This document shows positions 37,211-53,039 of a stretch of 64,000 bases of DNA, piece after piece. Both the position numbers and the translations under genes were made by a program. The DNA is taken from the NCBI RefSeq assembly GCF_009914755.1, contig NC_060932.1; one strand, given 5' to 3'. Source of the DNA: the human T2T-CHM13v2.0 reference genome, Homo sapiens. Under the pieces are notes generated by a model. It was given only the letters and a program-made list of their open reading frames with translations, searched no databases and had not been told where the DNA came from. Positions within the stretch are counted from its first letter, which is position 1. Each line of letters starts with the position of its first letter.

Positions 37211-38240
37211 CATGCTGTAACATTATCTGTTGTCTGCTGTTGTTTGTTTATTTTGGAGCCCAGAAATAACTTGTCACCTGTATGTTCAAACGATTTTTAA
37301 CATGAGTGGTAAGAAAGCTCATTGGTGGAAAAACAGCCTTTTCAAGAAATGGTGTTGGAGAAACTTGATTTCCACATGCAGAAGAATGAAGGTGGACACT
37401 ATGTCACACCAGGTGCAAAAATTAACACAAACTGGATCAAAGACCTCACCCCAAGCGCTAAAAGAATCATTCGCCTAAAGGAAAACATTGGCCATGCTTT
37501 CATGACATCATATTGGGCAATGTTCTCTGGGATATGACACCAAAAGCATAGGCAACAAAAGAAAATTAGATTCCTTGGATTACATCGAAATGACAGACAC
37601 TTTTGTGCAGCAAAATCACGGCAAACTGAGTGAAAAGATAACCCATGGATTAGGAAAAATATTTTCAAAGCATATATCTGAAAAGAGGCTGATATCCATC
37701 ATACATAAAGAACAGGCAGAACTAAAGAACAAGAAACCCAAAGCATCCCATCAATAATGGTCAGAAGACTCAAGTAGACGTGTTCCTAAAGAAGATATAG
37801 CAATGGCCAATAAGCATCTAAAATGATGTTCAAAATCACTCATCATAAGGAAGCGCAAATCAAACCAAGAATGTGACACCACACATTAGGATGGATATGA
37901 TAAACAAACAGGATTGGTGAGACTAGAGGGAAGTAGGAATGCTCGAATCTGATCAGAAGGAATGTAAAACCGTGAAGGAACGGGGAAAATAGTATGGCGT
38001 CTACTGGAAAAATTAGAAACAGGATGATCATATGTTGCCGCAGTTGCATTTGTGGGTACCTACAAAAAGAAGCCAGGAGTGGAAGACAGATTTGTGTACA
38101 CCCATATTCATAGCAGCATTATTCACAAGAGCCAAAATGTGGAAGCAACCCAAGGGTTCGTGGACAGATGAATGAAAAAGCCCACTGCAGTTCCTTCATA
38201 CAATGGAAGACTATTCAGCCTTCAAAAGGCAGGCACTTCT

Positions 38241-38570
38241 GGCCGGTGCGGTGGCTCACGCCTGTAATCGCAGCGTCTTGGAAGACCGAGGTGGGCGGAT
38301 CACCTGAGGTCAGGAATTCAAGACCAGCCTGGCCATCTTGGGGAAACCCTGTCCCTACTGAAAATGCAAAAAATGAGATGAGCATGGAGGCGTGTGCCTA
38401 TAGTCCCAGCTACTCGGGAGGATGTGGCACAAGAATCACTGGAACCCGGGAAGCGGAGGTGAGCCCAGATTGTGCCACTGTACTCCAGCCTGTGCGACAG
38501 AGTGAGACTCTATGGAAACACAAAACAAAACAAAGTCAAACGAACAAACAAAAAACAACAAAAAAAAAAA
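38241..38570 (+). mobile_element. Alu
   Basis: Alu consensus flanked by TSD CAGGCACTTCT. Confidence 0.9.
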
Positions 38571-38660
38571 CAGACAGGCACTTCTGAGGCAGGCCGCAAC
38601 ATGGATGAACCTTGAAGACATTATCGTCAGTGAAATAAATAAATCCCAAAAGGATAAACA

Positions 38661-39156
<496 letters not shown>

Positions 39157-39717
39157 TTAATGTCATTAATCTGTAAACTGAAAAAGAGTGGAAATTGTAA
39201 ATGTTTATACTGGCCATTCTATATGAACTAATATATATTTATAATTTTTAATATTTATACGTGGTATATTTTCCCATTATAAAAGATGAAAATTAAAGCA
39301 GTTGGATGTTTAAAAAGAAAAGAAAGAAGCGAAGAATACACACCAGCTTTCTTCTGATTAGAGGAGGAGCCCCAAAGTTTCTATGGACACTCACTTTTCT
39401 CTTCTTCTTGCATTATTATGAGGACATCCTTAGAGGTTGGGGAACTTGCGCGGCTTTGGCTAATGAGGAGCTCTGTGCCTGAGCCCCCCAGGCCACAGGA
39501 TAGTAAATACTCAGTCTGTGCCTCCCGCCCTGCAGTGTGAGGTTGCAGTCCTGTGGTCTCCACAGCCGTCACCTGTATCAGGAGGCTCATGTCTCACCCT
39601 GTCTTCTTGCCAGCCTTGAGGACGGAGCCTGAGCCTCCATGGTGCACCACGCAGGGAGGACAGTGGACCTGTTCTCCGTGGTCATGTCCCAGCAGAGGGG
39701 AGAGGCAGTTCAGTGAG

Positions 39718-40733
39718 TGTAGGGAAAAGAAAGAGAGATCAGACTCTTACTGTGTCTATGCAGAAAGGAAAGACATAAGAGACTCCATTTTGAGAAAGAC
39801 CTGTACTTTCAACAATTGCTTTGCTGAGATGTTGTTAATCTGTAGCTTTGCCCCAGCCACTTTGACCCAACCTGAAGCTCACAAAAACATGTGTTGTATG
39901 AAATCAAGGTTTAAGGGATCTAGGGTTATGCAGGACTTGCCTTGTTAACAAGATGTTTCCAAGCAGTATACTTTGTAAAAGTCATCGCCATTCTCTAGTA
40001 TCAATAAACCAGGGGCACAATACACTGTGGAAAGCCGCAGGGAGCCCTGCCCTTGAAAGCAGGGTATTGTCCAAGGTTTCTCCCCATGTGATAGTCTGAA
40101 ATATGGCCTGGTGGGATGAGAAAGACCTGACCATCCCCCAGCCCGCCCCCCGTAAAGGGTCTGTGCTGAGGTGGATTAGTCAAAGAGGAAAGCCTCTTGC
40201 AGTTGAGAGAGAGGAAGGCCGCTGTTTCCTGCCTGCCCCTGGGAACTGAATGTCTCGGTATAAAACCCGATTGTACATTTGTTCAATTCTGAGATGGGAG
40301 AAAAACCACCCTATGGTGAGAGGCGAGACATGTTTGCAGCAATGCTGCCTTGTTATTCTTTACTCCACTGAGATGTTTGGGTGGAGAGAAACATAAATCT
40401 GGCTTACGTACACATCCAGTCATAGTACCTTTCCTTGAAATTCCTTATGAAATAGATTCTATTTCTCACATGTTCGTTGCTGACCTTCTCCTTATTATCA
40501 CCCTGCGCTCCTACTACATTCCTTTTTGCTAAAATAATAAAAATAATAGTCAATAAAAACTGAGGGAACTCAGAGTCCTGTGCCGGTGCAGGTCCTTGGT
40601 ATGCTGAGCGGCGGTCCCCTAGGCCCACTGTTGTTTCTCCATACTTTGTCTCTGTATTTTATTTCTTTTCTCAGTCTCTCGTCCTACCCGACTGGAAATA
40701 CCCACAGCTGTGGAGGAGGAGGCCACCCCTTCA
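39718..40733 (+). mobile_element. HERV-K(HML-2) LTR5 solo LTR, independent insertion
   Basis: TGTAGGGAAAAGAAAGAGAGATCAGAC...GGCCACCCCTTCA with TSD AGTGAG (39712-39717 and 40734-40739), different from the array LTRs. Confidence 0.93.
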
Positions 40734-41664
40734 AGTGAGTGCTGAGGGACGGTCGGGAGACTTGTTTGTTTCCTCATCCTCAGGACAAACAGGAGAGTGC
40801 GGTGGGCAGATGTGAGGAGACCAATGTGCAACTCTCTGCTCAGCAGACTGTGCAGTTTATGTTCTTGGTTGTGCTGGGGGTCTCAGAAATCTTATTCAAA
40901 ATTTTGCTTTCCTCCCCCACTGGTTGTCCTTTTCATAAACATCTCACCCATGATAGCAGGGAATCAGTCCCTCTAACTATTCCCTAAGAACAACAAAGAG
41001 ATTATGAAGGTGATGATGAGGATAAAGAGGATGACGACAGACACCATGGCATCATGAACCCTTACTGAGGGCTTCCTAAAGGCCAGGCTCTGAGCTCTGT
41101 GCTCTATGCAGCTTGTTTCATTTCATCTGCATAGTCTCCACGTTATTAGTGCACATTTCATGATGATTTTACAGACTAGAAAAAGCGCAACGGATTTTCA
41201 TGCAGCTTGTACCAGATCACGAAGTCAAAAAGGGCGAAGTCCAATTTGAACCAGGCAGTCTAAGTCCAGACACATGGCATTTGGCAAGTCCTCTCCCTGC
41301 AACCAACCTGCCCTCTCAAATCCTCGTCACTCAGGCGGATGCCCCTACTCACTGTGCCCTTCCCTTTGTGGGTTCCTTGTTGACCACAGCTAGACCAGTG
41401 GGTGCCACAATCACTGTGTCATGTATAGAAAGGGCAGCTGAGATCACATCAAGGATTCCAGAAAGAATTTGCACAGGATCATTCGGGACGCATCTCTCCC
41501 TTGCCCCTGTTCCTGGCTTTCCTTACAGCTCTCAACTTCCTCAAAGGAGTCATCAATTCGGAGTTTGGCTTCCATTCCTATTGAGGAAGCTGGAAAGTGT
41601 TTCAAAAATGCTCCTCCGATGTGCCTGTGGTTAAGACCTCTGAGCTCTGCTTAAAACTCTTTGA

Positions 41665-41998
<334 letters not shown>

Positions 41999-42739
41999 TT
42001 AGCCGTTAGCTCACGTACCACTTTGGAAGGGCATACCTTTAGTCACTTCACCCTTTAATCCCTTTGCTCAAGACTAAAGTTCTGAGAGGAAGACTAATCG
42101 GCTGAGTTGTGTCCATGTGGGCAGTGCAGGAAAGGATGCAGCGGGACGCTGCTCCAGGGATGTCTTTGGCTTCCATCATGGGGGAGCAGGCGCCTGGATT
42201 ACCCACCCTAACAAATCTGGACAAAGGAAAACGAGGTTCTCCGAGGAAGGAGACATAGAGCCCAAGGAGCTAACCAAGAGACAAATGGTCATCCTGTCTT
42301 GTCATTTTCTTTTACACATGTGTGTACATTATCTTACACTTATCACTTTGTTTTCTTTCTCTCCTTTAATTGCACCCTGCTGCCAAAAGTTAAAATAAAA
42401 TGAAAGTATTGAGATAGCTCAGTAACTGACTTTTGGTCAATTGCCTTTTCATATAGTGAACAGGTGCCCAAACGATTGTCTCTGTCACTGTGCAAATTTG
42501 CAAGCGTTTGCATGATCACTCCCACTCCCCCAATACAGAGCTGTGTTACAGCACAATTTAGTTCAGTGTTTTGCTCTCTGCAACAGGGAGGTTCTCATCC
42601 ATTACAGGATGCAGTAAAAACAGGGGTACCATAAGCAACCAGCTCTTTCCTCAAAGAGGTGATGAAAGCAAAAGCCAAGTAGCTCCATGTATCCAACTTA
42701 AAAATATAAAAGTTACGCCCGTGGGCTGCAGTTGGAGCT

Positions 42740-43088
42740 ATGGCGGCGGCAGCTGTCACTGGGCCTAGCCCGGGGTGTGGACCTGGGGACTCCCCAGAAG
42801 GGCCCGAGGGGGAGGCTCAAGGAGCGTCGGTGGAAGGCGGACAGGATGCTGAAGTTTTACAACGGCCTCTCGGAAGTGGAGGCGGTGGGACTCCCTGCGG
42901 GGACCGACCCCCTGGACCCCACTGATATGAACGGGGTACACTTCGACCCGGAAGTTTACCTAGACAAGCTTCCTAGAGAGTGCCCTCTGGCCCAGCTGAT
43001 GGATAGTGAGACGGACATGGTGCAGCAGATCCGGGCTCTAGACAGCAACATGCAAACCCTGGTCTATGAGAACTACGATAAGTTCTCA
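42740..43088 (+). pseudogene. VPS51P: VPS51 processed-pseudogene fragment (N-terminal ~115 codons, frameshifted)
   Basis: [26 protein letters not shown], then after a frameshift near 42820 ...[69 protein letters not shown], matching the VPS51 N-terminus as recalled. Confidence 0.88.
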
Positions 43089-43200
43089 TAGACCCAGCCA
43101 CAGAAATTGACACACAGCATAAAACTGTAAGAGGAATTGCAGGAGACCCAGAATTTCCCAAATAACCTTGTAAAAGAAGAACAAATTTGGAAGACTCACA

Positions 43201-43253
43201 AAAAAAAATATATATATATATATACATATTATATATATATACATATATATATA
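43201..43253. repeat. (A)n(TA)n microsatellite
   Basis: Seen directly. Confidence 0.9.
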
Positions 43254-44434
43254 AAGTTGTGTTTTCATTCAGTTGTAAATGTTTAGTAATTTCTATTGTG
43301 ATTTTTCATTTAACTCATGAAAGGATATTTTTAATTTTCCAAATATATGCTTGTGTTTAGCTATCTTCTTGCTGTTGACTTCTAATTTTGTGGCATTATG
43401 GTCAGGAAAATGTGGTCTGGACACTGTCAATCGTATAGTGGATTTTGTTGAGACTTCTTTATGGCCTAATATGTGGCCAGTTTTTTTTTTGTTTTTTTTT
43501 TTTGCAAATTTGCCACATGTGGTTAAAAGGAATGTGGATTATTTGTTTTTTTTAGGAGAGTTTTTATTTTTAAATAGATAAGGTTCTCAGTGTAATTGAA
43601 ATCTAACTTCAGTTAACAATATGCTAGACCTCTCAAACCTCAGGATGTTAGTCAGTGTAACAATAGACTGCTGCTGAGACGAATAAACCCTGAACTCTCA
43701 GTGGGTTGACACCCATAGCATAGTCTGGTGCAGGGCAGGGGTTCTCCTTGGGGGCCCTTGTCCAACAGTGATTCAGAGATTCTGGAGGTTTCCATCTTTT
43801 AATTCTGCCATCTCAGAGTTTTTCACTTGTAGCCATATGGATAGGAAGAGAGGGAACATAGCTCACACTTTGATAACCTTGGCCCAGAAGTGATTTCTTA
43901 CATTCCTATTGGTGGAAATGCAGTCACATGGTTCCAAACTAACTGCAAATGAGGCTGGGAAATGTAGTCTTTCTGCATGTCCAGGAAGAGGAATGGTGTG
44001 AACACAGTATTGTCTTTGACACACTAAGCATGTGCTGAAGAGTTCTTACTCTCATAGGAGGTTTGTCTGTCCTGTGTAACTTTCTCAGTTTTTGCTTAGA
44101 TAGTTTCAGGCAATGCTGTTTGGTGCATTCAGCTTGATGATTATTATGTCCTCTTGGCAAAGTAGTCAAGATTCCCATCAGTTTGAATGAAAGTGTTTTA
44201 CAGATAGGTCAGGAAATGTTAATACTTTAAAAGGCCCTTCTATTCCTCCACTCTACATATAAGAAAAACAGAGTCCTAGAGAGAGGAGGTCATGGGTCTC
44301 ACTCATGAGTGGCAGAATTGAAACCAATGTGGCACTAACTTTGCCTTTCCCCCATCATGTTGTTCTCCTTCTATCTTCACTCTGCTGATTTCTTCACTTG
44401 CTCCATACAGACCTCCCAGTGCCAAGTGTATAAG

Positions 44435-45829
44435 TGTGTCCAGAATTGGTGGGTTCTTGGTCTCACTGACTTCAAGAACGAAGCTGTGGACCCTCCTGGT
44501 GAGTGTTACAGTTCTTAAAGGTGGCGTGTCTGGAGTTTGTTCCTTCTGATGTTCGGATGTGTTTGAAGTTTCTTCCTTCAGGTGGGGCTCGTGGTCTCGC
44601 TGGCTCAGGAGTGAAGCTGCAGATCTTCACGGTGAGTGTTACAGCTCTTACGGCTGCAGGTCTGGAGTTGTTCATTTCTCCCAGTGGGTTCATGGTCTTG
44701 CTGGCTTCAGGAGAGAAGCTGCAGACCTTCTCGGTGAGTGTTACAGCTCATAAAGTCAGTGTGGACCCAAAGAGTGAGCAGCAACAAGATTTATTGCAAA
44801 GAGCAAAAGAACAAAGCTTCCACAGTGTGGAAGGGGACCCCAGTGGGTTGCCACTGCTGGCTCGGGCAGCCTGCTTTTATTCTCTTACCTGGCCCCACCC
44901 ACATCCTGCTGATTGGTCCATTTTACAGAGAGCCTGAGTGGTCTGTTTTGACAGGGCACTGATTGGTGCGTTTACAATCCCTGAGCTAGACACAAATGCT
45001 CCCCACGTCCCCACTAGATTAGCTAGATACAGAGTGTCCACACAAAGGTTCTCCAAGTCCCCACCCTAGTAGCTAGATACAGAGTGTCAATTGGTGCATT
45101 CATAAACCCTGAGCTAGATACAGGGTGCTGATTAGTGTGTTTACAAACCTTGAGCTAGATACAGAGTGCCAATTGGTGTATTTCCAATCCCTTACCTAGA
45201 CATAAAGTTCTACAAGTCCCCACCAGACTCAGGAGCCCAGCTGGCTTCACCCAGTGGACCCAGCACAGGAGCTGCAGGTGGAGCTGCCTGCCAGTCCCTC
45301 TCCATGCACCCACACTCCTCAGCCCTTGGGTGGTCGATGGGACTGGGCGCCATGGAGCAGGGGGTGGTGCTCATCGGGGAGGCTTGGGCCGTACAGGAGC
45401 CCACAGAGGGGGGAGGCTAAGGAATGGCAGGCTGCAGGTCCCGAGCCCTGCCCCGCAGGGAGGCAGCTAAGGCCCGGTGAGAAGTCGAGCACAGCAGCTG
45501 CTGGCCCAGGTGCTAAGCCCCTCACAGCCCCGGCCGGCAAGGCCAGCCGGCAGCTCCTAGTGCAGGGCCACCAAGCCCAAGCCCATCCAGAACTCCAGCC
45601 GGCAGGCAAGCAGCACACGTAGCCCCAGTTCCAGCTCATGCCTCTCCCTCCATGCCTCCCTGCAAGCTGAGGGAGCCAGCTCTGACCTCGGCCAGCCCAG
45701 AAAGGGGCTCCCACCATGCAGCCGTGGGCTGAAGGGCTCCTCAAGTGCTGCCAAAGTGGGAGCCCAGGCAGAGGAGGTGCCGAGAGTGAACGAGGGCTGT
45801 GAGGGCTGCCAACACGCTGTTACCTCTCA
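44435..45829 (-). mobile_element. ERV9 LTR12-family solo LTR
   Basis: Minus strand begins TGAGAGGTAACAGCGTGTTGGCAG and ends ...CCAATTCTGGACACA. Tandem CCAAT/GATA enhancer repeats at 44950-45210. 4-bp TSD TAAG (44431-44434 and 45830-45833). Confidence 0.93.
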
Positions 45830-47802
45830 TAAGGAGTGATTAATCTGAGCTTCTCCAGAAAGTCCATTCCTGGTAGGCACTGGGAATAAGAAATCTCAGA
45901 GTATAAAAAAACATCAAGTGGTAGCACTTTTGTGAGTGGCTCCCAAATTAGATCCTTTACCTTTTTTTCATGAAGCACAGTTGCCCAAAACACGCTTAGC
46001 CTGAGGTGAAGCACATATTAGAGAAAAGTTCTCTCTATAGCATTATGTATTACTCAAATGAGCATTAAAAAGAGGAGACGGGACATGCTCTCTCTAGCTA
46101 TTATTACCTGCACTATAGAGTTGACATACACAAGCTCATTATTGCATTATGTTTTATTCAACAAAATAACTTTAATGTTGAAGCTTAAATTGAATTCGCT
46201 AAAACATCTTTGTCTCCAGCATAGTGTGCCTCAAGTGTCTCCTTGGTGCCTGAATTTTCTCCAGAATTATAGTGCTGAAACTATGGAAATGGTGAAATTA
46301 TATGCAATCTGCAAAACAATGTGGCTATAACGTGGTAATTGGCCTTCCACATAATTAAAGGAACATTTCCTCATCAGAGCTGTTCCATCAGAGACCCAAA
46401 GGCTATCGTTGTACAAATCACCCACTTAGGAAAACCTTTATTCCCAGTAGCCTATAAAAATCTGCTTATGCAAACAGATTTGCTTATTCAGTAACATTAA
46501 TGGCTTCTCATAGTTAAAAAGTCATCAATGTGATTGACCTATAATCTGCTTCCTCTGTGACCAAGTGTCATTTTTATTTTGACAGTTAGGAGCCTTTTGA
46601 CTCTTTCACAGCTGGCATGAAGGCACAGGGAGGGAAATCTCAAAAACCAACAACCTGTGTATTCCCAGCCTATTAATCAATAGAAAATCACTTCAACTGG
46701 ATTAGGGTCTTGTACCTGGCAGAAAGGCTCTTATGGACATTGGAATTGGATTTTTACACTTGATATGACACCTCCTTGAGTCAGATCAGATTCGTGTTTG
46801 ATAGACTCTTGCCGAAAAATTGCTCCAGGGTCTGTGCAGTAGCTAAAGCCTTTTTATTGTTGTTGTTTTAAAAGCAGCATTAAATGTTTTCATGAAGACC
46901 TTCCCAGCAGTGATTTTATTGGGAATATGGTCTTTAGCTCTGGTCCTGAATAACTCACACTGAGGAAACCTCTAACAAGTGTTTTATTGGAAGATGTCTG
47001 ATGGATGGTTGGTTTTAATAACAAATCTCTTCCCTTTTTCTGTCCCCTGTGTTCTATTCTGCTTTCTTACACATTATTCTGGGAGGATTCACCTATTCCC
47101 AAAGTCCTTTCCTCTTTATTTCCATTCCAGAGCTCTCTGTATAACTCCAGGCTGATGAATCCAACTGCCCAGTTGTTATCTCCACTTGGCTGTCTGTCTT
47201 GCATTGACCTCATCTTACCTTTCCTCTCCTGATTTCCTCTTCTGCCAGGGCTCAACACGTCAGATTCACACCACCATCCACCCAGCTTCCAAATCACCTG
47301 GGCCTCCTCCTTCATTCCTCCCTCTTTCTCAGTCAAGTTAGTCTACTGTCTCCTCTCCATCCTCACTGCCACAGCCTTGGTCCAGCCAACCATCTTGTCT
47401 CACTTGGCGTATTGCAGCCTCCTACCTGGTCTACTCACCACCCACTCTCCTCCAGCCAGACTGCTCTTCTTCTAGCACAAAGTGGATCATTACTCCCCTG
47501 CATAAAAACATCTACTGTCTCCCTTTCTCTACAGGATAGACACGACAAAGAGCCTTTAAGATTTGGCTCCAACTTACCTCTATATTACTCACTTTTTACA
47601 ATTATATGAACATCTCTCAGCTCCTCACCCTCTCACGTCTCGATTTTTACACATGCTCTTCCCTCTGCTGAGAATGATCTTCCACACCTCTCCTATCGAC
47701 CTGGCTAGTTCCTACCATTTTCTAGTCTTCAACTGAGGAGTCCTGTGGTGGAGAAGGATTTCTCACCACCTGATATAGATTGCATGCCCACCCACCTCCG
47801 AG

Positions 47803-48118
<316 letters not shown>

Positions 48119-48687
48119 GATTGGGTACCCCTTCTATGTGCTCCCATTGCCCCAGGCATACTGTCACCATAACTCTTACCATTCTGAGTTGAAAATGATT
48201 TTTTTTTTTTTGCTTTTTATTTCTCTCATTAAATGCAAAGCTTATTGAAAAGAGGACAGTGGTTGTTCACTGTTGTACTCCTAACCTTTGACTCAGTGTC
48301 CTTAGGTTGGCTCTAGAGCTGTGCACACATGTTCAGACATTGGAGCACATCTTGTCTAGCACCTCTTTTGTGGTGGCTTAGAGAAAAGTCAGTAGGTACT
48401 TCCCCAAGGATGAAACAGAAGCTTCACCTAAACCAGTTCTTCAACTTCAGCCTGCATTAGAATCCTCTGAGACCTTGTTAAAAATACCATCTCCTGGAGC
48501 CCACTCTTCAAGAGTCGGTGAGTTGCTTCATCATCAAAATATACACAGAATTCAGGCAGTCTTCAGCCCCAGCCTGGTCTGAACCTCTGTGGACTCCCAC
48601 CTGCAAAATGTCCCTGCTGGTCTCCTTGCTTCTGCTCTTACCTTCTTATTACCCATTCGAGTAGCCGGGGTGATCCTTTTTAAAAAA

Positions 48688-48935
48688 TTTTTTAAATTTT
48701 TTTGTGATGAAGTCTCACTCTGTTGTCCAGGCTGGAGTGCAGTGGTGCTATCTCAGCTTGCTGCAGCTCTATCTCCTGGGCTCAAGCAATCCTCCCACCT
48801 CAGTCTCCTGGGTAACTGGGACCACAGACATACACCACCACACCCGGCTAATTTTTGTATTTTTTGTAAAGACACGGTCTTGCTGTGTTGCCCAGGCTAG
48901 TCTTGAACTTCTGTGTGCACCCACCTCAGCCTCCT
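48688..48935 (-). mobile_element. Old truncated Alu (J-type)
   Basis: GGGCTCAAGCAATCCTCCCACCTCAG Alu-J-like body. Confidence 0.8.
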
Positions 48936-49692
48936 GCATTTTTAGGAGGCCCCTCTTGTAGGGATTTTGATCCAGATGCCTGGGTGCCTCATGTTTCCTC
49001 CCATCTCTCTCTGTCTTTCTGTCTCTGTCTCTCTCTCTCTTTCTCTTTGCCTTATAGCTGCCCTGGGGTGTAGACTCTGCCTTAGGCATCCCTCTGGCTC
49101 TTGTTTGCTTTTATACTGAGGCTGCTTTAAATTGTACCTTGATCTGAAGCCTAGGGCTTCTGTTCCTATTCCTTGCTTTTGTTGGAAGGGCCATGCAGCT
49201 TCTTGACAAATTGCAAAGGTGCCCACGAGTTTCCAAGTCCCCAAGAACCAAACCAGATGACAAACAAGGATGCAGTCCACAGCTGGGGAGACAGATTTCA
49301 TGTCCACACAGAGACTCCAAGATGCTGAACTGAAATCCACCTCGAAACCTGTTTTCTCTCTCATTTAAGTTCATTGTCACCTGGGGGCTTGCAGGGCAGA
49401 GCTGGTGACCATTCTCAGGGCAAAGATGCTTTGAAATGTCAACTGAGAATGGTGTGGTGGTTGACAGATGGCACGTCAGAGCATAGATTAACATGGAAAG
49501 AGAAATTCACCCCTTGGGGGGAGTGTGTGAGGCTGGCAGCCACACAGAGGGCTTTTCCTGTGAGCTCTTGCATAGATGCAAACAGCCAGGAGGTTTTGCT
49601 TTCTGATCCTAAGTGGAAGCATGTTCTTCCCTGCACATTGCCGCTCTGCAGCAAATGTTTATTCCTGTTGCATTGATTAAAAGTGCTTACCA

Positions 49693-50026
<334 letters not shown>

Positions 50027-50115
50027 TTATGGCTCTGCCGGCTGCCAGTGGAGCCAGCCTCTCTGCACAGCCGTGCAAGGGTGTTTTGAAAAGTGGCTCA
50101 GCCGGCCAGGAGTGA

Positions 50116-50525
<410 letters not shown>

Positions 50526-51439
50526 AAACATAAACTTACTTTCTTACCTCTTCTGCTGAACTCTATGTGCTTCTTTTCGCAACTTCTGCTGAACTCTATT
50601 TTGCTTCTTTTTCCTGGATAAGGCTCTTGTTTATCCAGAAGAACTTTTAGCAACAAAGTTACCCAATGCCTTTCCCTAGTCTCTCCTTGCAACTGACTCT
50701 CAGTGGTGGGGGGGTGGGTAGGAGGAAATCCTTGACAGAACCAATTTACATGACTGTTTGGAGGACTCTCACTAGCCCCAGGAGGTGTTTACATTTTTAA
50801 ATTGGTTACTAGTGTCAGAATGTTTCATGAGTAAGAGCACAGCCTCTAAGTTGGATACCCTGAATTTAAGTCTCAACATGGCCATTTTGTATATAAGCAG
50901 AGGACGGATTTGGGGACCCAATGGATCTACCATGACATGAACTTGGACCAACATTCACCTGAACTCCAAAATGCCTATTCTGACTGGTAGACCCTAGTCT
51001 CACCCTAGTGCCAGTTCAGAGCCTGTGTCCAGTGGTCTTGCACAGGTCCCATTAGTTCTTTTTCTCCTATTCAGTCATCCTGGTAAAGGCTGTGTATTCC
51101 CTTGGGGACAGGCTGGGAGAAAGATTGACAGTATAAATTTTTGGCAGTGGAGCAGAGTCCTTTCTGGAGGGGACCTGGCTTCCCATTCAGACAAGGGACT
51201 CCAGGTCTGTGAACTGGCTTATGTCTGGGAATTGACGGGGGACTGTGACTCTGTTTTTATGATTCAGATTAGACTTCTGCTCACCTGACCTAGAATTCTT
51301 CTTCAAACACAGATCCAGTAAAAATGTGGCAGGCTTCTTATCTATTTCAGTTCTAGGAAAGCCACGATCAGCCGGCACCATAGGTCTCTGCGAGTCAGGC
51401 TATTCTGGTTGCAGCTTTGACTCTGCTGTCTTTTATGGT

Positions 51440-51620
51440 AACTGCATCCACCTTGCCTTTGGGGATTGAGTGCTCTGATCACTTGACCCCAGCCCCTGTA
51501 CTGTGCGTATGTCACTTACCCTCTTTATACCTCAGTCTCCTCCTCTATAAAATGGGCATCCTCATTGCACCCACCCCCAGGGCTGCTGTGAGGTATAGAT
51601 GGATTAGCATATGGAAAGTA
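51440..51620. mobile_element. MIR fragment (paralog at ~57600-57770)
   Basis: TCACTTACCCTCT..CCTCAGT.TCCTC.TCTATAAAATGGG core. Confidence 0.65.
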
Positions 51621-53039
51621 ATAGAAGAGGGTCTCAAAGTCCATGTGTCGTTATCAGAATTATTTCATGATGGGGAGAGCTGGAGGAGAGAGGAAGGTGC
51701 TGAGCAGACCCACGTGCTCTCCCACCAGTGTTTCCTGAGCACCCACTATGTGCTGCCCACTGTGAGAGCTGTTAGGGTTGAAATAGGGAGAACAGCAGGA
51801 TAGGGGCTGCCATCAGGAGCTTAGTGGGGAGACCGTTGTGCAACATGGTTACAGTGCTTGGGGTGGGGAAGCCCAGGGACTACAGGGGCCTAGGATCCAG
51901 GGCAGAATCATGGAAAGGACACAGCCGCCCCAGCCTCCCCTGCCTCCCCTGCCTCCCTGACCTCCTCTGTTCCCTGGCCTCTCCTGCCTTCCTGGCTTCC
52001 CCTTCCGCCCCGGCCTCCCCAGTCTCCCCTGTCTTTCCTGCTTTTGAGGTGGGCCAGGAGCTGCTGGTGCTCACTTAGCCTGTCCTGGACTCTGGGTGTA
52101 GCACTTCGATGTCCAGAAAATACCCCCGGGTTCAGCTTATCACACAGCCAAGAAAGGAGCTCCACACTGACACTAAGGGTGCATCCTGGGCTCATTCATC
52201 AGGGCATGCCTCCAAAATATTTCTCCACGTCTCCTCCCTTTGCCCACCTGCATTGTCTCTGTGCCTCAGCCCCAGCTGGGGGCCTGCAAGGATCCTCTAT
52301 CTCCTCTGCCCCTGCACGGCTGGGTCCCAGGCAATCTGTCTGCCCACCACACCTCTCTCCTATTGCCCACCACGCTCCAGCCCCACAGTCCTCTTTCTGC
52401 TTCTTTCCCAGCCTCTGGGCTTTTGCACACGCTGTTCCTTCTGCCTGAACACCCTCCACTGGGCTGAGAACAACTCTCTGAGACCTCTCTCAGCTGTTGC
52501 TTCCTTTGGAAAAGCCGCTGCTGCTGTCCCTCTCCCAGCTCAAAGACCTGCTGAGCCTCCTGTCTTTTTCAGTTCCCATGCCCCCAGCACTTCTCCTTGG
52601 CCTCCTTTGGCCCAATTGACAATGTCCATTCTCAATGCCTTCCCACCCAGCGCTGAGCCCCACTGGGTGAAGGCAATGCCTGTCATGTTCTCCACAATAT
52701 CCCCTCCCCCATCACCACGACTGGTCCACAGTGATGCTCAAAAAAGATCTGTTGGTAGGCAATGCGAAGGTGCATTCATGTCATCCTGCAGGCGGAATTC
52801 TCCACGAGTTTTGAGCAGCCTCGGGTTTCCCACCACCTCCAAATCATGGAAGACACAGGGTAAGAGCAAAGACAAGGTGGCTGTGGCCGATGTCCACCCT
52901 ATCGTGGCGTCCCTTCTCTTCTCTCCTCCTTGAGCAGGGAGACCATCGGGGTGCAACCTGGCTGGGGCGGGGAGGTGGTGCAGGGCATTGCCAGAGCGGA
53001 CCTGTCCATGGGCAAGGGACAGCGACCTCCTGGGCCAGG

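Noticed and set aside
39718-40733. 3' LTR of a provirus pairing with the LTR at 27477
   Set aside because: It has its own AGTGAG TSD on both sides, and the internal retroviral sequence between them is HERV-E-like, not HERV-K.
43620-44000. Possible MLT1-type LTR fragment
   Set aside because: Resemblance too degraded to set a family or boundaries by eye; needs Dfam.
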